DNA from: Deltaproteobacteria bacterium | GTDB lineage: Bacteria > Myxococcota_A > UBA9160 > SMWR01 | Direction of reading: 5' to 3' | NCBI GenBank assembly: GCA_032128375.1 | Contig: JAQBGU010000188.1 | Coordinates: 96,001-160,000, forward strand | DNA length: 64,000 bases | Part shown: positions 45,080-55,400 of the stretch, piece after piece | How the letters are laid out: every line of letters begins with the position of its first letter | Numbering within the stretch: the stretch's first letter is position 1 | Notes under the pieces: generated by a model | The model's input: the letters and a program-made list of their open reading frames with translations, nothing else | The model's database searches: none | Told to the model about the DNA's origin: nothing | Program-made: the position numbers and the translations under genes

Positions 45080-46485
45080 CAACTCCGACCGCCGTACCAG
45101 ACGAAATAGGGTACACAGACCGCAAAGAAAAACGCCAGCACCGCGAGCGCGGAGACCAGCGCTTGGCCGCGCAGGCGCCGCCGAGCCGCGCTGAAGTTTT
45201 GCAGTGCGTTGCTCCCGTAAACGATGAGTAGCGGCATCCACGGGACCCGGAAGCGCGTATCCGCGTTCACCAGAACATGCACAGCCAGCGCAGCGCCGAC
45301 TACCAAGCCGACCAACAACCGGTTTCCGCTCACCGGCGCGGACGCAAAACCCAACACCCCAATGACGAACACAATCATGTAACTGCCAATCACCGCCGTG
45401 TACAGCAACGCGATCGAGGTCGGATCCAGTTCGCCATAGGCCCCGCGGCGCAGCTTGCGTAACAGATAGGAATCTGGCATCAGAAGCAACGTCGGGTTCA
45501 GCACGAGCTTCTTCCAGATCCAGCTCGGTTGCGCTTCGCGCACCCGTTCGAGTGTATATTTGCGGGCAAAATCCATCCGTTCGATCTCACCTTCAATCGA
45601 GAAGTATTCTCGCTCGAACTTCACGTGCCCGGGACCGTCCTGCTTCAGCCAGTCCTTCGTTTCGAGCGTGTTGCCCTGCGCCGCCGCAAACCAACCGATC
45701 GACGAAACCGGTATGAAGCGCCCGTGCACCGTGTAGTTTCGGATCGTCCACGGAACGATCACCGCGGCTGCGACAAACAACATCGTGAAGCCGTCACCGA
45801 GCGCCCGCCGGCGGCCAGACCCCGTCGATTGCTGCACCCACCAGAACGCGCAGATTGCGACGACCGGAATCGCGGCCTCGCGTGTCAATCCCGCCAGCCC
45901 GAACACGAGACCCAGCCCTGCGGCGCGTAGCCGATTCGGATGCCGCTTTGCGTAAACCACGCCGGCCAATCCGACGACGACCAGCCCCGCGAACAGCGAT
46001 TCGGACCACAAGTAGTGACTGTACGCGATGAAATTCGGATACAGCGCCGTGATCGAGGCCGCCAGCAACGCACAAGCCCGGCCGAATAACACCCAGCCGA
46101 GAAGCCCTGTCGCCATGACCAGCCCGGTAGAAAGAACGATCTCCACCTGCATGAATCGATGGATGACTTGCCGCAGGTGTTTCGGTTCGATCGGGTCTCC
46201 CCGTGCGTCGAGTGCCAGCGACACTTCGGGCGAGACGAAAACGGACAGCAAGTAGGCGTGAGCGGGAGGGCGCCACGCTCGGGAGGTCTTCTTGAATACA
46301 TGACCACGCCCCTGTGCGATGTTGAGTGCAGTATTCACGTAATACCGCTCGTCGCCCACCAAGCGAACCGGGAACGTACTCTCCATCGTGTAGAGCCGGA
46401 GCAATCCAGCGAAAAGGCCGATCACCAGCAGCGCGAGTGCTGTCCGCGCGCGGCTTCCGACTGGCCAGTTCAGCGGGCTCCTCAC
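45079..46485 (-). CDS. ArnT/PMT-like (GT39/GT83) GT-C glycosyltransferase
   Basis: DE after first TM (VGDERYY), RPP motif, LWSESLF, LTR, PWTIRNY, RFRVP; multi-pass. Confidence 0.78.
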   Translation of the reverse strand: MRSPLNWPVGSRARTALALLVIGLFAGLLRLYTMESTFPVRLVGDERYYVNTALNIAQGRGHVFKKTSRAWRPPAHAYLLSVFVSPEVSLALDARGDPIEPKHLRQVIHRFMQVEIVLSTGLVMATGLLGWVLFGRACALLAASITALYPNFIAYSHYLWSESLFAGLVVVGLAGVVYAKRHPNRLRAAGLGLVFGLAGLTREAAIPVVAICAFWWVQQSTGSGRRRALGDGFTMLFVAAAVIVPWTIRNYTVHGRFIPVSSIGWFAAAQGNTLETKDWLKQDGPGHVKFEREYFSIEGEIERMDFARKYTLERVREAQPSWIWKKLVLNPTLLLMPDSYLLRKLRRGAYGELDPTSIALLYTAVIGSYMIVFVIGVLGFASAPVSGNRLLVGLVVGAALAVHVLVNADTRFRVPWMPLLIVYGSNALQNFSAARRRLRGQALVSALAVLAFFFAVCVPYFVWYGGRS

Positions 46486-47426
46486 GCAGAAGACCTGCGA
46501 GTAGCAGACCTGCGATTAGCCGACCCAGCACGAGCCAACCCCGGTCGAGTCAGTTCGCGGAGAAATGCGGGGCTGAATTTCCCACGCATGACCTCGGTGA
46601 CCGGCCCCTCGAGCGTCACGTCGAACGGGTCCGCGTCGCTCCCCCCTACTCGCACCTGCACGGCACCGCCCGGAGCCCGGACCGTAATCGGACTCGTCGC
46701 AATTCCGCGCCGCACCGCTGCACACGCCACCGCGCACGCCGACGTTCCAGACGCCGCCGTCTCCCCCGCAGCGCGCTCCCAGATTCGGATGAACAGCGAT
46801 TGTCTGCCGGTCGGAACCGCGAATTGAACATTGCAACGATTCGGAAAAATCCGGTGGTTTTCCAGCAGCGGGCCGAGCTCACGCACCTCGTCGACGCTCC
46901 AGCTTGCGCCCCGATCGCGAAACAACACACAATGCGGGTTCCCGACACTGACGCCGGTAAACCGCAGCGCTCGGCCCGCGACGCGAATCGTCCGATCGAC
47001 GAGTTCTTCGACATTCAGCGTGCACGGCAGACGATCGGGTCGGAAACTGGCCGGTCCCATCTCGACCGCGACCGAACTGGCGTCGCCGTGCCGATCGAGC
47101 GCCAGCCGGATCCCGACCACGCCCGCCTGCGTCTCGACGTGAAACGAGGTGCGTCGAGTGCGTCGTGTCGCGTGCAGGAAACGCGCGAGGATGCGCAGGC
47201 CGTTTCCCGAACGCTCCGCTTCGCTGCCGTCGGGGTTGAAAATGCGAACACCGAAATCCGCGCGCCGCGACGCACATAGCGCGAGTAGCCCGTCGGAACC
47301 AACACCGCGATTCCGATCACACACGGCGGCGATCCGACCAGGTGTCAACCGAAAATCGAGTTCGGCGAGGTCGACCACCACGTAGTCATTGCCGAGACCG
47401 TGTCCCTTGAAGAAGCCGTTTCGCAT
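46482..47426 (-). CDS. dapF: Diaminopimelate epimerase family protein with Ser at both catalytic positions
   Basis: KGHGLGNDY, GVGSDG, NPDGSEAERSGNG, VGNPHCV, NVQF, WERAAGETAASGTS. Confidence 0.82.
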   Translation of the reverse strand: MRNGFFKGHGLGNDYVVVDLAELDFRLTPGRIAAVCDRNRGVGSDGLLALCASRRADFGVRIFNPDGSEAERSGNGLRILARFLHATRRTRRTSFHVETQAGVVGIRLALDRHGDASSVAVEMGPASFRPDRLPCTLNVEELVDRTIRVAGRALRFTGVSVGNPHCVLFRDRGASWSVDEVRELGPLLENHRIFPNRCNVQFAVPTGRQSLFIRIWERAAGETAASGTSACAVACAAVRRGIATSPITVRAPGGAVQVRVGGSDADPFDVTLEGPVTEVMRGKFSPAFLRELTRPGLARAGSANRRSATRRSSA

Positions 47427-47442
47427 TCGCGTCTGGTACGGG

Positions 47443-48147
47443 CTATTGCCCGTCGCGGGGTTGATCCGACGGCGTGTCGTCGGCCAGCAGCAGCGTTTCG
47501 ATATCACGCATCAGCAGCTCGTAGTCCAGAAACCCGCTGCTGTAGATATTTCGGACCCCGCCGCTGGCGTCGACCAGAAAGACCTTGGCGACATGGCGGA
47601 TCAATGCGGTCGATTCTCCGTTTTCGGCCGCGATCAGTCGAAGAGCGTCCTGGCCGTAATCGTCGAGAACCGGTTGCAGTGTCGCATCCGAAATGGCGGT
47701 CAAGAAGCGCCAGTCACCGCTCGGACTCATGTGAGTGCGCAACATTTTCAACCGTTCGGGCGTATCGTGCTGCGGATCGAAGGACACACTCACCAGGCGC
47801 ACGCGCTGCGCGAGCGCGCTATCGGCTGCCAGTGCGCGATCCAATCGACGCAATGTGGACAGCAGCAGCGGACAGCCCTGCGCGTCGGGGCATGACGAGT
47901 AGACAAACGAAACGACCGCACACTCCCCCGCTTCCGTAGCAAGGAGGTCGGAGGGCTCGCCCTCCGAGTCGAGCAGTTCGTGGCGCGCCACACGATCGAT
48001 CACGGGCAGGTCGTAGCTGCCCGCCTCCGGCAGATCGTAGAGCCTGCGAACCGCGTCGGCCGCGATCGCCGACCCGTTCGAGACAGCGAACCCCAGTGCA
48101 GCGAAGCCCGCTGCCAGATACGACCCGACCCGGGTGATCCGATTCAT
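47443..48147 (-). CDS. SCO1/SenC-family copper chaperone
   Basis: Signal peptide, FVYSSCPDAQGCP Cys pair, VSFDPQHDTPE, conserved His (IRHVAKVFLVD). Confidence 0.85.
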   Translation of the reverse strand: MNRITRVGSYLAAGFAALGFAVSNGSAIAADAVRRLYDLPEAGSYDLPVIDRVARHELLDSEGEPSDLLATEAGECAVVSFVYSSCPDAQGCPLLLSTLRRLDRALAADSALAQRVRLVSVSFDPQHDTPERLKMLRTHMSPSGDWRFLTAISDATLQPVLDDYGQDALRLIAAENGESTALIRHVAKVFLVDASGGVRNIYSSGFLDYELLMRDIETLLLADDTPSDQPRDGQ

Positions 48148-48180
48148 TCGAATCTCCTGTTCAAGGCACTCGCAGCCCGC

Positions 48181-49482
48181 TCAAGGGGCGGTCGTCGCAA
48201 CCCGGCCGCTGTAGAAATCGAGCTGACCGAAATTCATGATGTGCGGGCGACCCAGCGCCTCCTTACGGAAGTCGATCTCGAATTTCGGTGTGAGGGTGAG
48301 GGAGCCGGCATCCCACTGATATGCCTTCAGAAACTGCTCATCCGCGCCGGGGGTGCCATCCCAGTTTGCGAGCAACGAAGACGTGAAGTACAAGCGCTTG
48401 CCGTCCCAAGACTGGGAAACCATGTTGAGCTGCGCGCCAATCTTCTGTTCAAAGACCCTATGCGCTTGGCGCGGCTCAGAGACGTCGAAGACCCTCAGCA
48501 TGCCATCCATGAAGCTATCGACGAACACGAACCGATCGTCTGAAGACAGCGAGATGTCGACGGGCAATGGCATCTTGGCTGGGTCACCGATATCAGCCAG
48601 TTCGAGCGCTTCGAAGCTGCCGTCGTCCAGGCGGAATACGCCCCACAGCTTCGAGGTCAGCGCCGTGCTGGTGAAAGCGTAGTGGTGATCCTTCTGTAGC
48701 GCCCAGCGAACCTCGAGGGGCGCTCCGGGAACCTGCAGCGTCTGCAGCGGCTTCCGAGTGTGATAGTCCCAGACGATCATGGTGTTGCCGAAATTCTTCA
48801 TCGCTGCTGCGTCGCCGATCAGGTCGCCCAGGCTCCGCATGTAGTTGGTCTTGCCCGTAAACGATGACGTCAGAATCCGATTGAGTTCCGAATTGATTCG
48901 CGCGTCGTAGCCGTACATCGCATCGTCGGGCAGCCATATTGTCTGGATGAATTCGAAGGCGTTGTTGTATTCGACAAACGCGGTCTTCCCGCTGCCATCA
49001 CTGCTCGACAGGCCTGTGATCAGCATGCGACCCGGCAACGCGTAAAAGGTGTGCGGCCCAACGACTCCGCCGGTCTTCTCGACAAAATCGTCGATCGTTT
49101 TCACCAGTTTGGGTTTGGCGGGATCGGTAGCGACATCGAACACAAAGATCATGCTGTCGTCGAGGCCGCCGGCCCAGAAATGCTTGCGATCGTCACTGAA
49201 GCCTCCGTGGTGCGCTTCGTGGCGACCGCCAACCGAAACACTCGCGACGACCTTGCCGTAGTCGGGTCGTTCGGGGTTCGCACCGACTGTGACCAACTTG
49301 TCCGATCCATCACCGAGGCCCTCGATGCCGAGGGTCCAGACATAGATGAAGTCCTCCTGGCCCTTGATTTTCGGCAGGTAGGGCGACTGGCAGGTTTCGT
49401 CAGCAGCCGCGGTAGTTGCGAATCCACCAACGACGAATACCCAGGTTGCCAAAGTGGCGATTGCCAGTATGCGCATCGTCAT
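48181..49482 (-). CDS. mtoX: Selenium-binding protein (SBP56) family, methanethiol oxidase-like, exported
   Basis: Signal peptide then DETCQSPY, EAHHGGF, GPHTFYALPGR, PGAPLEVRW, PLPVDIS, NMVSQSWDGKRLYFTSSLLANWD; adjacent SCO gene. Confidence 0.82.
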   Translation of the reverse strand: MTMRILAIATLATWVFVVGGFATTAAADETCQSPYLPKIKGQEDFIYVWTLGIEGLGDGSDKLVTVGANPERPDYGKVVASVSVGGRHEAHHGGFSDDRKHFWAGGLDDSMIFVFDVATDPAKPKLVKTIDDFVEKTGGVVGPHTFYALPGRMLITGLSSSDGSGKTAFVEYNNAFEFIQTIWLPDDAMYGYDARINSELNRILTSSFTGKTNYMRSLGDLIGDAAAMKNFGNTMIVWDYHTRKPLQTLQVPGAPLEVRWALQKDHHYAFTSTALTSKLWGVFRLDDGSFEALELADIGDPAKMPLPVDISLSSDDRFVFVDSFMDGMLRVFDVSEPRQAHRVFEQKIGAQLNMVSQSWDGKRLYFTSSLLANWDGTPGADEQFLKAYQWDAGSLTLTPKFEIDFRKEALGRPHIMNFGQLDFYSGRVATTAP

Positions 49483-49679
49483 CGAACCCTCCTCGAAGCA
49501 AGAACGCGGAACAATTAGCGTCAGACCTGGTCGTCAGATCTGAACGCTACAAGTTGACGCCCGACGTGGGCGTAAATCGTGAACGCGAAACCATCAAGCG
49601 CTGAGCGTACCACTCTGGACGGGTTTCCGACGCCCATTCTGGCGCTGCATCACCGGGCCGAACGTGACATCCTGTCGTA

Positions 49680-50597
49680 GTGCCCGAGCTACCCGACATC
49701 GCCGTGTATCTTGAATGCCTCCACGCGCGTTGCGCTGGACAGGTCCTCGAGCGCATCCGGATATCGGGCCCGGCGCTGCTTCGCAGCGTCGACCCGCCGA
49801 TTTCGATGATCCGTGGAATGCGCGTCCTCGGCTTTCGGCGCATCGGTAAACGCGTGATTTTCGAGCTGGAGGACGAGCTCTTCCTGGTCATCCACCTGAT
49901 GATCTCGGGCCGCTTCCGCTGGCGCGGCCGCAACGCAAAACTCTCCCGGAAAATCGACTTGGCGGCATTCGACTTCATGTCGGGAACCCTGTTGCTCACC
50001 GAGGCGAGCCACAAGAAGCGCGCTTCACTGCACGTCGTACGCGGCCTGGCCGCGCTTGCCGAGCATGACCCGGGCGGCCTCGAGGTACTCGAGACCAATG
50101 AATCAGCCTTCGCAGCGCGGCTCCAGCTGGAAAATCACACCCTGAAGCGCTCGCTGACCGACCCCCACCTGTTCAGTGGGATCGGCAACGCGTACTCGGA
50201 CGAGATCCTGCACCGTGCCGGCCTGTCCCCGATCAAGCTGACGAGCCGATTGACGCCGAACGAGATGGCGCGGCTGTACCGCGCCAGCATCGAAGTGCTT
50301 TCCGAATGGACTCTCCGGCTGCGCGAACAGACCGGCGACAAGTTTCCAGAGAAGGTGACCGCGTTCCACACGAAGATGGCCGTTCACGGCAAGTACCGCG
50401 AGCCCTGCCCCGTTTGCGCGTCGCCGATCCAGCGCATCGTGTACGCCGACAACGAGACCAACTATTGCGCGACGTGTCAGACCGGAGGGCGCCTGTTGGC
50501 CGACCGCGCGATGTCGCAACTACTCAAGAAGGACTGGCCGCGCTCGCTCGAGGAGCTCGAAGCCCGTCGGCAGCGAGGACGGGGCGGACTGGCGTAG
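49680..50597 (+). CDS. Fpg/Nei-family DNA glycosylase
   Basis: N-terminal PELP, HLMISG, H2TH GIGNAYSDEIL, C-terminal zinc finger CPVC...CATCQ. Confidence 0.92.
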   Translation: MPELPDIAVYLECLHARCAGQVLERIRISGPALLRSVDPPISMIRGMRVLGFRRIGKRVIFELEDELFLVIHLMISGRFRWRGRNAKLSRKIDLAAFDFMSGTLLLTEASHKKRASLHVVRGLAALAEHDPGGLEVLETNESAFAARLQLENHTLKRSLTDPHLFSGIGNAYSDEILHRAGLSPIKLTSRLTPNEMARLYRASIEVLSEWTLRLREQTGDKFPEKVTAFHTKMAVHGKYREPCPVCASPIQRIVYADNETNYCATCQTGGRLLADRAMSQLLKKDWPRSLEELEARRQRGRGGLA

Positions 50598-50604
50598 CGG
50601 ACTT

Positions 50605-50655
50605 GGCTTTGATGCAGTGGGCTTTGATGCAGCGGGCTTTGATGCAGCGGGCTTT
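50605..50655. repeat. Tandem 15-bp repeat (GGCTTTGATGCAGYG) x3 plus partial copy
   Basis: Read directly in the intergenic spacer. Confidence 0.88.
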
Positions 50656-50690
50656 CCTCTCGCTCGGCGGCGCGGCACACTGCGGATCCC

Positions 50691-51530
50691 TTGGCATACC
50701 GCATCCTCGCACTCGACATCGACGGAACGATCCTTGACCCGTATGGCAAGCTGACCCGTTCGGTACAGGATGCGATTGCTGCCGCAAGGCGGCGCGGCTT
50801 GTGGGTCATCTTGTGTACCGGAAGGCGCTTTCGAACGGCGCTTCCGCTCGCGCTGGAGCTCGAACTGAGCGGCGCGATCGTCGTTCACAACGGTGTCGTT
50901 GTCAAAGACATCGAATCCGGCACCACGCTGAGTCACGATTACCTGTCGCCATCGGAAATTCCCGAAGTGATCTCGTTCGTGCGGCACAACAGCTCGCCAA
51001 TGATCTACGTTGACACCTTTCACGAGAACAACGACATCCTCGTCGAACGCGCTTCGACCCCACATGCGTTTCAACGGGCCTACCTCGACGACGCCGCCGG
51101 ACATTTTCAGACCGTCGATGACCTGCACGACCATGTCCGGACCGATGTCGTGATGGTGAGCACGATGGCGGATGACAAAACTGTGGATGCAATGCGCGCT
51201 GACGCCGATCGGCTATTTGGTGCCCGAATCAGTACACACTCACTGATCAACAAAAACTATCAGGGCAGCATTCTCGAGTTTCTGTCGCCGGCCTCCGGCA
51301 AGTGGGCCGCGCTCGCCAGCCTGGCGGAAAACGCCGGGATCCCCACTGAGCAGATCATCGCGGTCGGGGACGATATGAACGACATCGAGATGATTCGCGG
51401 CGCCGGTATGGGTGTTGCGATGGGCAACGCGGCCGACCCGGTCAAGCAAGCCGCCGACGTCGTGGTGCGAAGCAACGCCGAGGGAGGCGTAATCGATGCG
51501 ATCGAGCGCGCGATGCTGCTCGGTCCATGA
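50691..51530 (+). CDS. Cof-type HAD-IIB hydrolase
   Basis: LDIDGT motif I, CTGR, K, GDDMND motif IV, AMGNA. Confidence 0.9.
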   Translation: MAYRILALDIDGTILDPYGKLTRSVQDAIAAARRRGLWVILCTGRRFRTALPLALELELSGAIVVHNGVVVKDIESGTTLSHDYLSPSEIPEVISFVRHNSSPMIYVDTFHENNDILVERASTPHAFQRAYLDDAAGHFQTVDDLHDHVRTDVVMVSTMADDKTVDAMRADADRLFGARISTHSLINKNYQGSILEFLSPASGKWAALASLAENAGIPTEQIIAVGDDMNDIEMIRGAGMGVAMGNAADPVKQAADVVVRSNAEGGVIDAIERAMLLGP

Positions 51531-52228
51531 GGGTCGAAACCGATCATCGAGCAATCTTGCGTCAGCTCGATAACGACCTGTGGGTCGTAGACGCCCCGTT
51601 TTCGGTTGCCGGTCTTGCCATCGGAACGCGCATGACGATCATCCGGCTCGCGGACGGCAGTCTTTTCGCGCATTCGCCAAGCCAATTGAGCTCGAAGCTG
51701 TGCTCGGAGCTCGAAGCCCTCGGCCCCGTAAAGCACATCGTCGCGCCGAACAAAATTCACCACTTGTTCGTCTCCGACTTCTCGACGGCGTTTCCAGATG
51801 CCAAGCGCTACGCCGCACCAGGACTCGAGACGAAGCGCCCGCAGCTCGACTTCCACTTCGTACTCGAGCCCAGCGCGCCCGCAGCATGGGCCGGTCAAAT
51901 CGAGCAGGTGTGCGTACAAGGCGCCCGCTACATCAGTGAAGTCGCGTTTTTTCATCGGGCCAGCCGCAGCCTGCTGCTGACTGACCTGGCGTTCAACATC
52001 CAGCACACCGATTCGGTCTGGACGAAGGCCTGTTTGAAGGCGAACGGCGCCTTTCAGAGATTCGGTCCGTCGCGGATGGTCCGTGCATTGTTCCGCGACC
52101 GCGAGGCTGCACGCCGCAGCCTGGACGAGATCCTGCGCTGGGATTTCGATCGCGTCATCGTCACGCACGGCGTCGTGCTGCAACGAGGCGGCAAGCGGCT
52201 GATGCGAGCCGCGTTCGACTGGCTGTGA
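51527..52228 (+). CDS. DUF4336 family protein (metallo-beta-lactamase-like)
   Basis: TRMTIIRL, HSP, VAPNKIHHL, EVAFFH, LLLTD, WDFDRVIVTHG. Confidence 0.8.
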   Translation: MRVETDHRAILRQLDNDLWVVDAPFSVAGLAIGTRMTIIRLADGSLFAHSPSQLSSKLCSELEALGPVKHIVAPNKIHHLFVSDFSTAFPDAKRYAAPGLETKRPQLDFHFVLEPSAPAAWAGQIEQVCVQGARYISEVAFFHRASRSLLLTDLAFNIQHTDSVWTKACLKANGAFQRFGPSRMVRALFRDREAARRSLDEILRWDFDRVIVTHGVVLQRGGKRLMRAAFDWL

Positions 52229-52441
52229 CCGAAGTGAGACCGGGGTTGGCTGAACTCTCAGCCCGTCCGCGACAGATGTTGGATCTCGAGCCAGGCTCGA
52301 GCCGGGTCGTCGTCAGGAGTCTCAGAATCCATCGCGCTGTCTGCTGTGTCCGGCGCACCGGACGTCGTGCACAGACATTGGGAGTCCGATCGACTCGCAG
52401 GGTCCGTTCCCGGTTTTCGGACCACGAAACCATGAACCAGC

Positions 52442-55400
52442 GTGGGAGACTTCGAGCGAGTACGATCTGCGTCGGAACTCCTTTCACGAATGCGGGGTGC
52501 GGCATTGGCGAGCGGCGATGTTGAAGCGAGAATCGACCGCCTACTGGAATCGGGAGACAGCGGCGCGAGGAACGCGGAATTGGAGGCCGGCGAGATCTTC
52601 GGCCGATTCACACGCGCTTTCCTGAAAGGAGCCGGCGAGAGAGTCTTTCGGACACATACCAGCGAAGGACTGTTGACCGCGTCCCGCACGGCCTTCGCGT
52701 TCGCGGCAAGCCGCGCGGCGGGCGAGCAACTCGTTCGGCTGAGTTCCCCGGCGGAGTTGCCCGGCCGCAGCGTAATCGAGATACTCCAAGACGATCGTCC
52801 CTTCCTGGTCGATACCGTGCGGCTATTCCTGCGCAGCTACCACCTTCGCGAGCAGCTGCTACTGCATCCGACTCTGCCGGTAACACGGAACACGCAGGGC
52901 GTGCTCGACTCGGTTGCCTCCATCGCAGAAGCAGACGTCCAAAGAGCGATTCTCGAATCGTTCATCTACGTCGAAGTGTTTCCGAGGCTCGACGACGCGC
53001 GCTCCCAGGAACTCACGACCCGGTTGCGTGAGGTCATGCACTGGGTCGCGAACGTCACCGCAGACCACGCGCGCATGATCCAGGCGGTGCGTGAGATCGA
53101 AGCCAACGTGGAGTTCGCGGGCCACGCCGACGGGGTGACGGCCGATCGGGTTGCGAAGATCTGTCGATTCCTGGATTGGCTGGTCGAGGATCACTTCGTG
53201 CTGATGGGCGTGCGCCACTACGACGTTCGGACCGTTGACGGTGCGCTGACCGTGGCGATTCGGCGTGACAGCGGCCTCGGAATGTGGCGGGACGATCACA
53301 CGAGCCGGTTTCGCGAAGTGCAGAGAGGCGCGGATCTGCCTGTCGGCCTGCTGCGCGCGATCGAGGATCCGCGGATCATCCAGATCAGCAAAGGCTGGGT
53401 CGAGTCACGGATCCACCGAGCGGGCCGCTTGGATCGGATATTCGTCAAGGAACACGACGAGGCTGGCAACATTTCGGGATTTCACACGATTTCCGGCTTG
53501 TTTACGTTCAGGGCGCTACGCACACCGAGCTCCCAGCTTCCACTGCTAGCCGAACGGCTCGAACAAATTCTCGAGTCGGAACGTACACCCGTCGGATCCC
53601 ATCGACACAAGGCGCTCGTCACTGCGTTCGATTCGGCCCCGATGGAGTTTCTCTTCGGCGCCGATGTCGGACACAACGCGACCTTGGTTCGAGAAATCGT
53701 TGAAGCCGAGGGCGCTGAGGAGCCGAGTGTGGTGCTTCAGACCGACGCGGGCGGGAGATCATTCTACGCTGCGATCATCATGCCCCGGGAGCGATACGGC
53801 GAGGCCCTTCGGCGCGGCATCCGCCGACTGTTCGAACTGTCTCCGTCCGTAGGTTACATCGACGATCGCGTGTCCTTCCTCGAGGAAGGAACCGCGTTGA
53901 TCCACTTCTTCTGCACGCTGACGTCAGGCGACGCGCCCGAGACCGAGCGACTCGAGCGTGAGGTCCGCCGGCTCGCGTCGCGATGGGACGACGGGCTCAC
54001 CGACGAGCTGATTCGTGAATACGGGCCCACCGAGGGCGGCGAGCTGGCGGCGCGCTATGTAGATGCCTTTCCCGAAGGACTTCACATGACGACGCATCCG
54101 GCGGATGCGCTGCGCGACGTGGTGGGACTCGAGGCCCTGCATCGGAACGGAGACGCCCAGATCGCGCTCTTCTTCGAGCGCGCGCAGTCGAAACCCGAAA
54201 CCACGATGCTTCGCATCTATCTTCACGAAGCCAGGCTGCTCTCGGATCTTCTTCCGATCATCGACCATTTCGGCATCGAGGTGAGCGACGCCCGGTTGAC
54301 CCACATCGCCGCCCTGGACCGTCCGGCCGCAAGCATGCACGCGCTGCACGTCCTACCCCTTGGAGGAGACCAAGCCGATCTCGACGGACTCGTGCAACGC
54401 CTGGGGGATGCGCTGCGTGCTGTGCTGAGCGGAGTGGTGCCGAGTGACATGCTCAATGCGATGGTGCTCAGCGCCGGGCTCGATTGGCGCCAGGTGGATC
54501 TGCTTCGCAGCCACATCGAGTACTTCAACCAGATCCAGGTCGGGTTGACGCGGCACTTCATGTGCGAAGCGATGCTCCAGAACCCGTTGGCGGCGCGGCT
54601 CTTGATTGCTTACCACGAGGCCCGCTTTGCACCGGGCCAGACGGCTTGTGTCCGCGACGACCGTGAACAGGAGCTACGTGTCGATTTCGCCCGCTATCGC
54701 GATCGGGTCGAGAGCTTGAACGAAGATCGCGCTCTCGGGGCGATCTTCGAGTTGATTCACGCAACGCTGCGCACCAACTTCTTCGCCACGATCGACGGCA
54801 CGCATCGCATCGCCATGAAGCTCGACCCTTCCACATTGACCGATCTGCTCCCCCCGTATCCGTATCGCGAAATTTTCGTGCATGGCCCTGGCTTCAGCGG
54901 CATCCATTTGCGCGGCGGACCGGTCGCCAGAGGCGGCCTGCGATGGAGCGACCGGCTCGATGACTTTCGGACCGAGATCATCGGGCTGATGCGCACGCAA
55001 CAACTGAAGAACGGACTGATCGTGCCTGTCGGCGCCAAAGGCGGATTCGTCTTGCACACGATGGGACTCACTCCGCAGCAAGCCCGCGCCGAAGCAGATG
55101 CCAAGTACGAGATCTTCATCTCTGCGTTACTCGACGTGACCGACAATGTGGACGCCCAGGGGCGCGTCACTTCTCCGCCCGGCGTGGTTTGTCGAGACGG
55201 AGACGATCCCTATCTCGTCGTCGCTGCGGACAAAGGCACGGCGCACCTGTCCGATACGGCGAACGCCATCGCTCTGCGTCGGGCCTTCTGGCTGGGCGAT
55301 GCCTTCGCCTCGGGCGGCTCTGTCGGCTACGACCACAAGAAGTACGCGATCACGGCCCGGGGTGCGTGGGAGTGTGTCCGACACCATTTCGAGGAGCTCG

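Noticed and set aside
50605..50655. Mini CRISPR array
   Set aside because: Repeats are 15 bp, directly adjacent, without spacers; no cas genes
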